Below the pieces are notes generated by a model, which had not been told where the DNA came from, made no database searches, and was given only the letters and a program-made list of their open reading frames with translations. Source: a virus (lineage: Duplodnaviria > Caudoviricetes). Taken from it: a DNA stretch of 45,410 nucleotides. Of this stretch, positions 17,184 to 25,757 are shown in pieces. The DNA lies in the IMG/VR virus record IMGVR_UViG_3300037851_000418, positions 1 to 45,410 of that record. The stretch is one strand, 5' to 3'. Position numbers and translations under genes: made by a program. Position 1 is the first letter of the stretch; every line of letters begins with the position of its first letter.

Positions 17184-18155
17184 ATGGCGAACGGAAAGAA
17201 CCAGGTCACGGCGACCCCGCTGACGGACAGTGAAGAACTGCCGAGCATCCCCCAGGAGCTGATCTCCCAGGGGAAGGCGCTCCAGAAGGCGGGGACGCCC
17301 TTCGTGACGGCCCTCTCCGTGCAAAAGCCGCGCAACCTCGACAAGGTCGTCGCGGCCATGGAAAACGAGGCGAAGTACGCGGGGGCGAAGTTCTGGTACA
17401 AGCTCCCCTTCGGCGGGGGCATCGAGGGGCCGTCGATCGGACTGGCCGTCTCGCTCGCGCGCGAGTGGGGCAACTGCGCGGTCACGATGGATGTGCAGGA
17501 GACGGACGAAGCCTTCTTCTTCACCGGCCGATTCATCGACCTCGAGAAGGGCTACCAGCTCGAGAGGGCCTTCCGGCAGCGCAAGAGCCCCAAGCTCGGG
17601 AAGTTCGACGCCGAGCGGACCCAGGACATCGCCTTCCAGATCGGCCAGTCGAAGACCATCCGGAACGTGATCCTCAATAGCGTCCCCCGCTGGCTCGTCG
17701 AGCGGACGATCCAGGCGGCGAAGGCGGCGGTTGCGGCCGGGATCACCCCGGAGAAGCTCATCGCCGAGCGGAAGAAGATCGTCGAGGCCTTCGCGGCGAA
17801 GAAGGTCTCCCTCGAGCGCCTGGTCGCCAAGATCGGCAAGGGGATGACCGAGTGGACCGCGTTCGACATCGCGGACCTCCGCGGGGACTACTCGGCCCTG
17901 ACCTCCGGGGATGCGACCATCGAGGAGCTCTTCCCCTCCTACGTCCCCCCGGCCCCCGCGGGCCCCATCAACGTCGACGACCTCCCGGTCGCGGGTAGCG
18001 CCCCCAAGGCCCAGGAGGCCCCCCGCTCCGACGCCGACGACTCCATGACCGAGGAGGAGAAGGCCGCGGCCGTCGAGCTGGAGAAGGCAGAGGCGAAGGC
18101 CCCCGCGAAGAAGCCCGAGCAGAAGCAGAAGGGCCCGGGCGGTCTCTTCGGATAG
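17184..18155 (+). CDS. Putative ssDNA-annealing/recombination protein
   Basis: AAGGAG RBS; follows the exonuclease; YKLPFGGGIEGPSIGLAVSLAREWGN motif; disordered tail ending GGLFG; function inferred from position. Confidence 0.55.
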   Translation: MANGKNQVTATPLTDSEELPSIPQELISQGKALQKAGTPFVTALSVQKPRNLDKVVAAMENEAKYAGAKFWYKLPFGGGIEGPSIGLAVSLAREWGNCAVTMDVQETDEAFFFTGRFIDLEKGYQLERAFRQRKSPKLGKFDAERTQDIAFQIGQSKTIRNVILNSVPRWLVERTIQAAKAAVAAGITPEKLIAERKKIVEAFAAKKVSLERLVAKIGKGMTEWTAFDIADLRGDYSALTSGDATIEELFPSYVPPAPAGPINVDDLPVAGSAPKAQEAPRSDADDSMTEEEKAAAVELEKAEAKAPAKKPEQKQKGPGGLFG

Positions 18156-18178
18156 TTCCCCTCACTCTCCCTGAACAT

Positions 18179-18202
18179 GGGGGTCCCCGCTTGGGGGCCC
18201 CC
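18179..18202 (+). other. Intergenic GC hairpin
   Basis: GGGGGTCCCC-GCTT-GGGGGCCCCC; no U-tract. Confidence 0.5.
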
Positions 18203-18226
18203 GGTATGCGGAGACGGAGGTAGAAG

Positions 18227-20509
18227 ATGAAGCTCACGACGGCAGGCCTCAAGGCCCGGGACCACCAGGTCGAGATCGGCGGGCTCAACGTCCTGGTCGG
18301 CCCGAACGGCAGCGGCAAGTCCTCGATCGCGGACGCGATCCGCTTCTTGGCACTGGGCTACGTTCCCTCGTTGGGAAAGCGCCCGGTGGACACCGCGGTC
18401 CTGATGAGCGATCGGGAAATCATGGTCTCTCTCGATCTTCCCGGGGCTCGCTCCGTCTCTCGCACCATGGTCCGGACGGACAAGGGCTACCAGGTCGGGG
18501 CCGGGTGCTCATGGCTCCGGAGCGCCAAGGCGAGCGAGTCCTCGAAGGAGATCACGGCCCTCTTCGGCGCCGAGGAGCAGGACGTCGCGGAGTGCCTGGA
18601 CATCCGCCAGCTCCTCGCCGCGACTCCGAACCAGCGCGCGGCCCGCATCGAGCAGCTCCTCTCGGCGGGCAAGCGCACCCCGGAGGAGACCGCGGCCGCC
18701 GTCGCGCGCCTCACGATCCAGCGGCTCATCGACGTCCCCGATGACCGGATGCCCGCGGACTACAAGCAGGCCCTCCCCATGGTCGCCGAGGGCCACGCCG
18801 AGGTCCTCCGAGAGGTCGCGGGGATGCTCCTGGCGAAGATCACCGAGGCCGGGATCACCGGGGCGCTCTCGTGGGCGAACGAGGAGAAGCGCGGCGCCGC
18901 GAACGGCCTCCAGGCGAAGACGAAGGCCGAGCAGGAGCTCCGCCTCCGCGCGGCCGAGGTCCCCGAGCCCGACGAGCGCGAGATCAAGCGGCTCGAGGGG
19001 GAGCGCGACAAGCTCCAGCGCGCCCTCGGGGCCCTGGTGCAGCAGAAACAGGAGTACGACCGGCGTCTCGTCCGTCGCCGGCAGATCGAGTCCACCATCG
19101 GTAGCCTCCAGGAGATGGCCTCCCGATCCGGCCAGGCCCTCGCGGCTGCGGAGGCCACAGAGGGGAAGACCCTCGCGGACCTCCAGGATCGGAGCGCGGC
19201 CCTCCTCCAGGACCTCGAGAGCATCGAGGCCCCGGCGGATCCAGATCGGACCCGGATCACGGAACTCATGGAGGAGTACGACGCCCTCGAGGCCAAGCTC
19301 GCGGAGATCCCCGCCGAGGCCCCGATCCCAGATCCCAGCGATCTCGGGACCCGGGTACGCGATCTGGAGCGCCAGATCGAGCAGGCGAAGGCAAATCCGT
19401 GGGCCGAGGTCCTGGAGATCACCGAAGACCTCCGGGGGCTCAAGCTCCGGACTCCTGCGGCGGACAAGCTGGGGATCGCCATCCGTCGCCTCGACAGGAT
19501 CGCCAGAGAGAATCTCGGGGGCTCGATCGAAGACATGGAAGCCGATTTCGCGCGCGCGAAAAAGGAATTGGGGTTGGCCCTGAAGGCTCGGGCCAAGGCA
19601 ATCGAGGCCGCCGAGAAGATCGAGGGCCGGCGGGAGTCGATCGAGGCCCGCCGCGACGCCATCAGCCGTGAGGTCCATGAGCTAGAGATCTCCCTCGATC
19701 GCGAGCGAACTCAGGGCATGGACGCCTACAACGCCCGCCGGCGGAAGCTCGCCGCCGAGCGCCAGGCCGTGGAAGGGGACCTCCAGAGGCAGCAGCAGAC
19801 CCTCCAGTACCTCCGCGAGAAGGCGGCCGGGGATCAGCGCCGCCTCGCCTCTCTCCAGGATGAACTCCGGGGAGTGGGCGAGCTCGGGGAAGCACCCCAG
19901 GACCACGCAGCCCTCGATCAGCAGCTCGGGTACGTCCGGGAGGCCCTGGACCGGCTCTCCCGTGCCCGAGCGGTACACGAGGAGATCCGGGCTGTCCTCG
20001 CCTCGATCGAGGCGGCCAAGTCCCGGCGCGATGTCTACGCCGCGATCGAGTGGGCCCTCCAGCGGCAGCGCGAGATCGAGATCAGCTCGGCCGGGGGGCC
20101 CCTCCTCCAGGTGATGACGCGATTCTTCCAGGCCGCCGGCCGGCGGGAGCAACCCTTCATCCGCGCTGGCGCCGGCTCCTGCGCCATCGGCTGGCGGCAT
20201 CCGGACGGGGAGGAGATCCAGGTCCAGGCGCTCTCCGGGGGCGAGTGGTGTCTCTTCGCGGCCGCGCTCACGTCGGCCGTCATCCTCTGCCGGCAGTCCC
20301 AGCTCAAGGTCCTCCTCGTCGAGGCGGGCGAGACGGACGACCTGCACCTGGCGCAGCTCCTCGCGGGCGTCCGGGCGGTCTCCCAGGAGGGCCAGGTCCT
20401 CGACGCCCTGGTGATGGTCCCCAGGTGGCCGACCATCGAGGCTGCTCGGGGGTGGAACACGATCGAGATGGTCGAGGGGATGCCGATCGCCGCCGAGAAG
20501 GTGGCCTGA
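18227..20509 (+). CDS. SMC/Rad50/SbcC-like ABC ATPase
   Basis: Walker A GPNGSGKS, long coiled coil, signature LSGGE, atypical Walker B VLLVEAGETD. Confidence 0.85.
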   Translation: MKLTTAGLKARDHQVEIGGLNVLVGPNGSGKSSIADAIRFLALGYVPSLGKRPVDTAVLMSDREIMVSLDLPGARSVSRTMVRTDKGYQVGAGCSWLRSAKASESSKEITALFGAEEQDVAECLDIRQLLAATPNQRAARIEQLLSAGKRTPEETAAAVARLTIQRLIDVPDDRMPADYKQALPMVAEGHAEVLREVAGMLLAKITEAGITGALSWANEEKRGAANGLQAKTKAEQELRLRAAEVPEPDEREIKRLEGERDKLQRALGALVQQKQEYDRRLVRRRQIESTIGSLQEMASRSGQALAAAEATEGKTLADLQDRSAALLQDLESIEAPADPDRTRITELMEEYDALEAKLAEIPAEAPIPDPSDLGTRVRDLERQIEQAKANPWAEVLEITEDLRGLKLRTPAADKLGIAIRRLDRIARENLGGSIEDMEADFARAKKELGLALKARAKAIEAAEKIEGRRESIEARRDAISREVHELEISLDRERTQGMDAYNARRRKLAAERQAVEGDLQRQQQTLQYLREKAAGDQRRLASLQDELRGVGELGEAPQDHAALDQQLGYVREALDRLSRARAVHEEIRAVLASIEAAKSRRDVYAAIEWALQRQREIEISSAGGPLLQVMTRFFQAAGRREQPFIRAGAGSCAIGWRHPDGEEIQVQALSGGEWCLFAAALTSAVILCRQSQLKVLLVEAGETDDLHLAQLLAGVRAVSQEGQVLDALVMVPRWPTIEAARGWNTIEMVEGMPIAAEKVA

Positions 20510-20539
20510 TCCCGGAGGGGGAAACGGAAGGAGAGAGGC

Positions 20540-20818
20540 ATGGGCACGATCCACCACGGCGCGGAGATCACGGAGGGGGGACGGTACGACCGCTTCCTTG
20601 CCTACCTCCGCGACCACCCGGGGGCGACCACTCGGCAGATCATCGACGACACGGGTCTCTGTGCGGTCTCCGCGATCGTGTCCGAAATCCGCGCGATGAA
20701 GAAACCGCTCCGGATCGAGTGCCGCTACGTCGGCAAGACGGAGAACGGCTCCCGGGTCTACCGCTACTACCTGATCGAGAACGCGGCCCAGGTGATCAAG
20801 AGGGAACTGTTCGTATGA
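20540..20818 (+). CDS. Winged-helix DNA-binding protein
   Basis: YLRDHPGATTRQII...VSAIVSEIR plus beta-wing; 92 aa. Confidence 0.65.
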   Translation: MGTIHHGAEITEGGRYDRFLAYLRDHPGATTRQIIDDTGLCAVSAIVSEIRAMKKPLRIECRYVGKTENGSRVYRYYLIENAAQVIKRELFV

Positions 20819-22254
20819 GCGCCGCCCGGAAACTCTTCGTGGCCGCGGACCTCTTCTGCGGGGGCGGCGGCTTCTCCCGCGGGTTCGCCCTCGCGTGCGA
20901 GGACCTCGGCATCCGAAACGTCCGTCTAATCGCGATCAACCACTGGCGCGCCGCGGTCGAGACCCACGCGAAGAACCATCCCTGGGCCGAGCATCACTGC
21001 GCCCGGGTGGACCAGCTCGATCCCCGGAAGCTCGTGCCCGATGGTCGCATGAAGATCCTCATTGCCTCGCCCGAATGCACGAACCACGCGAACGCCCGGG
21101 GCGGGCGGCCCATCAATGACCAGTCCCGCGCGACGGCCTGGGACGTCGTGAAGTGGGCCCAGGAGCTCTACATCGAGAACATCCTGATCGAGAACGTGCG
21201 GGAGATCATGGATTGGGGCCCGCTCGGGGCGGATGGTTACGCGCTCAAGTCGCGGAAGGGCGAAATCTTCAGGCAATGGGTCGAGTCCATCCGGGCCTGC
21301 GGCTACCACTTGGAGCACCGCATCCTGAACGCCGCGGACTTCGGGGGCGCGACTACCCGACAGAGGTTCTTCCTCATCGCGAGAAGGATTCCCCGGCGCG
21401 TTATTTGGCCCGAGCCGTCGCACTCCAGGGACGCGGTCAATGTGGGCGACCTGTTCCACCGTGGGCTCAAGCCCTGGCGGGCCGCTCGCGAGGTCATCGA
21501 CTGGACGCTTATGGGGAGGAGCATCTTCGGTCGCCCGAAGCCTCTCGCGCCGAATACGCTCATGCGGATTGAGGCGGGGCTGCGGAAGTTCGGCGGGGTC
21601 GCCGCCAAGCCGTTCATCATCCTCCTCCGCGGGACCTCGAAGGGGCGGATCAACAGGAGCGCGCGATCGACGGGCGAACCACTTCCGACGATCACGGCCG
21701 GCGGGATTCATGCGGGCCTGTGCGAGCCCTTCATGGTCTCGATCGATCATACGGGTCCGGTGAAGGCCAAGCCTTTCCTCGTGCAGCCTGCCCACGGTGG
21801 GGGTGTGAGCGGCAGGGTCCATTCTGTCGAGGAGCCGCTACGGACGATCACGACCGAGAACCGATTCGGTCTCGTCCAGCCGTTCATCCTCCAGCAACAG
21901 AGCGGTGGGGTCCCGAGGTCCACGGAAAAGCCTCTGCCCTCGATCGCCGCGAAGGGGGCCCAAGCCCTCGTCCAGCCCTTCCTCGTGAAATACAACCGCA
22001 CGGGCCGCGCGAACTCGATCGAGAAGCCGCTCCCGACCGTGACGGCCGTCGACCGACTCGGCTTGGTCCAGCCGCAGGCCCAGGGCGTCGTCGTGGACAT
22101 CCTCTTCCGGATGCTGGAGCCGCACGAACTCGCGCGCGCGATGGGCTTCGAGGGCTACGAGTTCCAGGGTACGAAGAAGGACCGGATCAAGATGATCGGA
22201 AACGCCGTCGAGGTCAACACGGCAAAGGCTCTCGTGAAAGCGATCTTGCAGTAA
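20815..22254 (+). CDS. DNA (cytosine-5) methyltransferase
   Basis: ATG 20815; DLFCGGGG, SPECT, ENV, TTRQRFF, IGNAV; four (E/K)PLxTIT-type repeats in the variable region; 479 aa. Confidence 0.92.
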   Translation: MSAARKLFVAADLFCGGGGFSRGFALACEDLGIRNVRLIAINHWRAAVETHAKNHPWAEHHCARVDQLDPRKLVPDGRMKILIASPECTNHANARGGRPINDQSRATAWDVVKWAQELYIENILIENVREIMDWGPLGADGYALKSRKGEIFRQWVESIRACGYHLEHRILNAADFGGATTRQRFFLIARRIPRRVIWPEPSHSRDAVNVGDLFHRGLKPWRAAREVIDWTLMGRSIFGRPKPLAPNTLMRIEAGLRKFGGVAAKPFIILLRGTSKGRINRSARSTGEPLPTITAGGIHAGLCEPFMVSIDHTGPVKAKPFLVQPAHGGGVSGRVHSVEEPLRTITTENRFGLVQPFILQQQSGGVPRSTEKPLPSIAAKGAQALVQPFLVKYNRTGRANSIEKPLPTVTAVDRLGLVQPQAQGVVVDILFRMLEPHELARAMGFEGYEFQGTKKDRIKMIGNAVEVNTAKALVKAILQ

Positions 22255-22304
22255 CTCGGAGTCAGGGGTTCCCGGGGGCTCTGGAGATGAGGAGGTCGGA
22301 GGAG

Positions 22305-22814
22305 ATGAGCAGGGGAAAGCGTGCGACCGTGGGGGATGAGGGGGGACCGCCAACCCCCTCCCAATCTTCTGCGGACGGCTGCCCGAAGTGCGGCTACAGC
22401 CAATTCGACGCGCTCCACTCCGAGCCCGGGGAGCTGGAGCGCCGCCAGTGCAAATCGTGCGGCGAGGTCTACGGGGTGAAGCCCGCGGACCGGGAGATAT
22501 CGGTTTTCGACGGACAGGAACAGGAGGAGACGATGGCGAAAGAGAAGACGGCCGGGAAATTCAAGTGCGACATCTGCGGACGGGACGACTTCAAGACCGA
22601 CCAGGGAATGAAGCACCACAAGACGACCACGCACGGGAAGGGGAAGGAGAAGCCGGTGGGCATCAGGAGGGCCGGGCTTGCGGGGGGGCCGCTCTCGACG
22701 CCGAGCCCCCGGCAGCAGATCCTCGCGGACCTGGGGAAGCGGAAGGCCCAGGCGCTCGCCGCCGTGGCCGAGCTCGACGACCTCATCGACGCGATCGAGA
22801 AGGCGGGGAGGTAG
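22305..22814 (+). CDS. Double zinc-finger protein (C4 ribbon + C2H2) with internal in-frame start at 22533
   Basis: CPKC...CKSC, then AGGAGGAG-ATG, then FKCDICGRDDFKTDQGMKHHKTTTH. Confidence 0.65.
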   Translation: MSRGKRATVGDEGGPPTPSQSSADGCPKCGYSQFDALHSEPGELERRQCKSCGEVYGVKPADREISVFDGQEQEETMAKEKTAGKFKCDICGRDDFKTDQGMKHHKTTTHGKGKEKPVGIRRAGLAGGPLSTPSPRQQILADLGKRKAQALAAVAELDDLIDAIEKAGR

Positions 22815-22816
22815 GC

Positions 22817-23047
22817 GTGGCGAAGAAATCGGATGTGCCCACCTTCTGCCAGGCGAAGACGCTCAATGACCTCGGGAACCGGGGCGCTCACCTATTCGAC
22901 GTGACCTCGTGGTATCTCCCCAGCGTCCTCAAGGCCCTGGCCGTTCGTGGCTGGGTCACGCAGCGGAAGTTGAAGATTTACCGCACGTCCGGCGGGACGA
23001 GCGCGCTCAGGAGATACCGGGAGCAATCCGGGGGTGCGATGTTATGA
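22817..23047 (+). CDS. Small hypothetical (possible wHTH) protein
   Basis: GGAGG RBS, GTG 22817; 76 aa. Confidence 0.55.
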   Translation: MAKKSDVPTFCQAKTLNDLGNRGAHLFDVTSWYLPSVLKALAVRGWVTQRKLKIYRTSGGTSALRRYREQSGGAML

Positions 23048-23631
23048 AGACCAAGCGTCCCCTCTCCGTCCTCCAGCCCGTGGCCGAGGAGCTGCTCGCG
23101 CTGCTCTCCCTGTCATGCAGAAGGATCTCCATCGCAGGGAGCATCCGGAGGCGGTGCGCGGAGGTCGGCGACATCGAGCTTGTGGCCGTCCCCCGCATCG
23201 AGCGCGTCGCCCTCCCCGCCCAGCAGCAACAGGACTTCTGGGGCGATCCGCCGGCGGACCAGGAGGTCAACTTCCTCTGGCGGCAGCTCGACGGCCTCGC
23301 GGAGAAGATAGGCCCGCGATTCGAGCGCCTGAAGTGGGGCGACAAGTACCGCGCCTTCCGCTGGCCGCTCCCGCACGAGATAGGGTCCGTCCAGGTAGAC
23401 CTCTTTACCGCCGAGGAGGATAACTGGGGGCTTATCCTCCTCATCCGCACCGGGAGCGCGAAGTTCTCCCAGCACGTCGTAACCCAGCTCAAGCGCCGAG
23501 GCACCCCATCGCAGGGAGGTTACGTCCGCGGCTCCAAGGGGACGCCGATCCCCACCCCCACCGAGGAGGAGGTCTTCAGGCTCGCGGGGATGCAGTATCA
23601 CGCGCCGGAGGAAAGGGGATGGGTGAGTTAG
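23044..23631 (+). CDS. Minimal PolX / DNA polymerase beta-like nucleotidyltransferase
   Basis: IAGSIRR...GDIELV, VDLF, IRTGSAKF, TEEEVFRLAG...PEER (palm + thumb only); 195 aa. Confidence 0.85.
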   Translation: MKTKRPLSVLQPVAEELLALLSLSCRRISIAGSIRRRCAEVGDIELVAVPRIERVALPAQQQQDFWGDPPADQEVNFLWRQLDGLAEKIGPRFERLKWGDKYRAFRWPLPHEIGSVQVDLFTAEEDNWGLILLIRTGSAKFSQHVVTQLKRRGTPSQGGYVRGSKGTPIPTPTEEEVFRLAGMQYHAPEERGWVS

Positions 23632-23638
23632 ACGCGGA

Positions 23639-23661
23639 TGATCAATAAGGAGAAGGCTGTG
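23639..23661 (+). repeat. Cassette boundary site 1
   Basis: TGATCAATAAGGAGAAGGCTGTG; 17/23 identical to 24037-24059. Confidence 0.65.
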
Positions 23662-24039
23662 GATATTGTCGTGACGGTCCCCAAGGGCATATGGTTTGAC
23701 TGGATCAACGAAGGCGATCTACCCGGCGATCCTCCTACCGGGGAGGAATGGGGTTTCGCGACCTGGGGCCCAGAACCCGGCATCAAGGCCGGAGAGCGTG
23801 TCTACATCGTAGCCCACGGACGGCTCCGGGGATATGCGCCACTCACTCGGTACGAGTATCGTCACGTCGGAAGCGGTCAAGGTCATGTCGCCTTTAGGCG
23901 TTCCGGGGGAGCCGTGGCCGTGACTATTGCTGAGCCGATCCGTGGCTTTCGCGGATGGAGATATCGCTGGTGGAATCTGGATGACGAGGTGCCATTCCCG
24001 GACTGGAAGACAACTGGCGTGGAACTTTGCCGCCGTTGA
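23659..24039 (+). CDS. Hypothetical protein (cassette A)
   Basis: TAAGGAG RBS, GTG 23659 (ATG 23638 also in frame); Trp/Gly-rich; lower GC. Confidence 0.75.
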   Translation: MDIVVTVPKGIWFDWINEGDLPGDPPTGEEWGFATWGPEPGIKAGERVYIVAHGRLRGYAPLTRYEYRHVGSGQGHVAFRRSGGAVAVTIAEPIRGFRGWRYRWWNLDDEVPFPDWKTTGVELCRR

Positions 24040-24059
24040 TTACTAAGGCGAAAGCCATG
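24032..24059 (+). repeat. Cassette boundary site 2
   Basis: GCCGTTGATTACTAAGGCGAAAGCCATG; left half shared with site 3, right half with site 1. Confidence 0.7.
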
Positions 24060-24236
24060 AAACGGAAAGATAAAAATAGGGCGCTTAAAGATAAGTGCCA
24101 AGAGTATATCCGCAGAACGAAAACCCTTCCCGATGCTACGAAGCTCGGAAAGCGTGAGGGCTTTTCGGCTAACTTTGCCGTGTGGCTGTCGGCTGCGAAC
24201 GAGATGTTGAGGGCCGGGTGGGAACCGAAGCCGTAG
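24057..24236 (+). CDS. Small basic protein (cassette B)
   Basis: 59 aa MKRKDKNRALK...; low GC; exactly fills the gap between sites 2 and 3. Confidence 0.65.
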   Translation: MKRKDKNRALKDKCQEYIRRTKTLPDATKLGKREGFSANFAVWLSAANEMLRAGWEPKP

Positions 24237-24248
24237 ATTACTAATCGG
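24230..24248 (+). repeat. Cassette boundary site 3
   Basis: GCCGTAGATTACTAA (14/15 match to 24032-24046), continuing as the palindrome GATTA-C-TAATC. Confidence 0.7.
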
Positions 24249-24254
24249 ACGGGC

Positions 24255-24283
24255 TTGACTATGCGCCTTTCGTGGGCTATACT
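24255..24283 (+). promoter_or_regulatory. Near-consensus sigma70 promoter upstream of the minimal recombinase
   Basis: TTGACT-17 nt-TATACT. Confidence 0.8.
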
Positions 24284-24362
24284 AATGACGGTTGGACTCC
24301 TCGGGGCCGTGCGGTCCCGGGGCATTTCGGACACTTCGGCAAGGCCAGAACGGACTCTGCCC

Positions 24363-24986
24363 GTGTTCAGTTCAACCACCTCCTGGTCCCTCCCCCGCGA
24401 GAAGTGCATCACCCGCCCGGAGATCGGCCGCATCCTCGCCCAAGCCAAGGAGACATCCCCCGCGGATTACGTCTTCCTGGCAACCGCCATCAACACCGGC
24501 CTGCGGATGTGCGAGGTAGTCCACCTCAAGAAATGCGACTTGCTCGACGGCCAGCTTCGCATCACCCGCCGAAAGAAGAAGAACCTCAAGCCCGAGGTCA
24601 TCGACGTAGTGCCCGCCCTCTGGGCCGTGCTGGCAGAGTGGGGCCAGATGTTCCAGGGCGACGAGTGGCTGTTCCCGGGCCGGGCCGGAGCTTGCTTCGT
24701 CCATCGGAAGAACGGCGCGGTCATCCAGGTCTGCAACGGGGGCCACGTCTCCCGGCGCAATATGCAGCGCCGCTGGGATGTCATCCTGCGGGGCGTCGAT
24801 CTCAAAATGCCCGGCCGGGGCATTCACTCGGCCCGGCACTACGCCGTGACCCGGTTCTACGAGGATACCCGGGACCTCCGCGCCTGCCAGATGTTCGCGG
24901 GCCATTCATCTAGCATGATTACCGAGCGGTATGCCCATGTGCTGGAGATGCGGGAGAAGGTTCAGTCGATGGGGGCTAGTTTGTGA
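24363..24986 (+). CDS. Catalytic-domain-only tyrosine recombinase
   Basis: NTGLRMCEV, RRKK, HSARH, AGHSSSMITERY; no N-terminal core-binding domain; start uncertain (GTG 24363 or 24309). Confidence 0.88.
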   Translation: MFSSTTSWSLPREKCITRPEIGRILAQAKETSPADYVFLATAINTGLRMCEVVHLKKCDLLDGQLRITRRKKKNLKPEVIDVVPALWAVLAEWGQMFQGDEWLFPGRAGACFVHRKNGAVIQVCNGGHVSRRNMQRRWDVILRGVDLKMPGRGIHSARHYAVTRFYEDTRDLRACQMFAGHSSSMITERYAHVLEMREKVQSMGASL

Positions 24987-25756
24987 AGCGCGTCGTTATG
25001 TTTAGTGGGGGCGTGGGCTCGTGGGCCGCTGCGAAACGAGTTGTCGAGCGCTATGGTCCAACGGACGTAACGCTCCTATTTGCAGATACGCTTATGGAGG
25101 ATGAGGATTTGTACCGCTTCCTAGATGAGGCGGCACAGGACATCGGTGCTCCGCTCGTCCGGCTCTGTGATGGTCGTAATCCCTGGGAGGTCTTCTTCCA
25201 GGAGCGATACTTGGGCAGTAGCCGCATCGATCCATGCTCCAAGATACTGAAGCGAAAGCCCCTTGATCGTTGGCGCAACCTAAACCTAAACCCAGAGACG
25301 GACGTGGTTTATGTCGGCATCGACTGGACCGAAGTGCATCGCCTCGACAGGCTGCGTAAGCGCGTTGATCCATGGAACTACCAAGCCCCAATGTGCGACC
25401 CGCCCTATCTCAGCAAGAAAGATATGTTAGCGGCGCTTTTGAGGGCTGGAATCAAACCGCCTCGGCTGTATGAGATGGGCTTCCCGCATAACAATTGTGG
25501 GGGATTCTGTGTAAAAGCCGGACAGGCGTGGTTTAAGAACCTCTTGGAGAAGATGCCAGACCGCTATCATTTTCACGAGCAGAAAGAGCAAGAGATTCGC
25601 TCTTTTCTGGGAAAAGACTTGGCGATCCTAAGACATCGGAGTGGTCCTAAGGCGGGTCAACCCATGACCCTTCGCGAGTTCCGGCTCATCCTAGAGGCTC
25701 GCGGCGAAACCGACTTGTTTGAGTGGGGTGGTTGTGGTTGCGCCTTACCGGGTTAG
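24983..25756 (+). CDS. PAPS-reductase-like (PP-loop) protein
   Basis: MFSGGVGS, FADT, CSKILKR, HNNCGGFCVKAG, terminal GGCGC; lower GC. Confidence 0.8.
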   Translation: MKRVVMFSGGVGSWAAAKRVVERYGPTDVTLLFADTLMEDEDLYRFLDEAAQDIGAPLVRLCDGRNPWEVFFQERYLGSSRIDPCSKILKRKPLDRWRNLNLNPETDVVYVGIDWTEVHRLDRLRKRVDPWNYQAPMCDPPYLSKKDMLAALLRAGIKPPRLYEMGFPHNNCGGFCVKAGQAWFKNLLEKMPDRYHFHEQKEQEIRSFLGKDLAILRHRSGPKAGQPMTLREFRLILEARGETDLFEWGGCGCALPG

Positions 25757-25757
25757 T

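Noticed and set aside
21660-22070. Four repeats in the methyltransferase variable region
   Set aside because: A common feature of this phage C5-MTase type; not novel by itself.
23627-23633. GTTAGAC matching the integron GTTRRRY core
   Set aside because: A single 7-mer at a stop codon with no matching inverse core or attC; the recombinase is not IntI, so this is not a classical integron.
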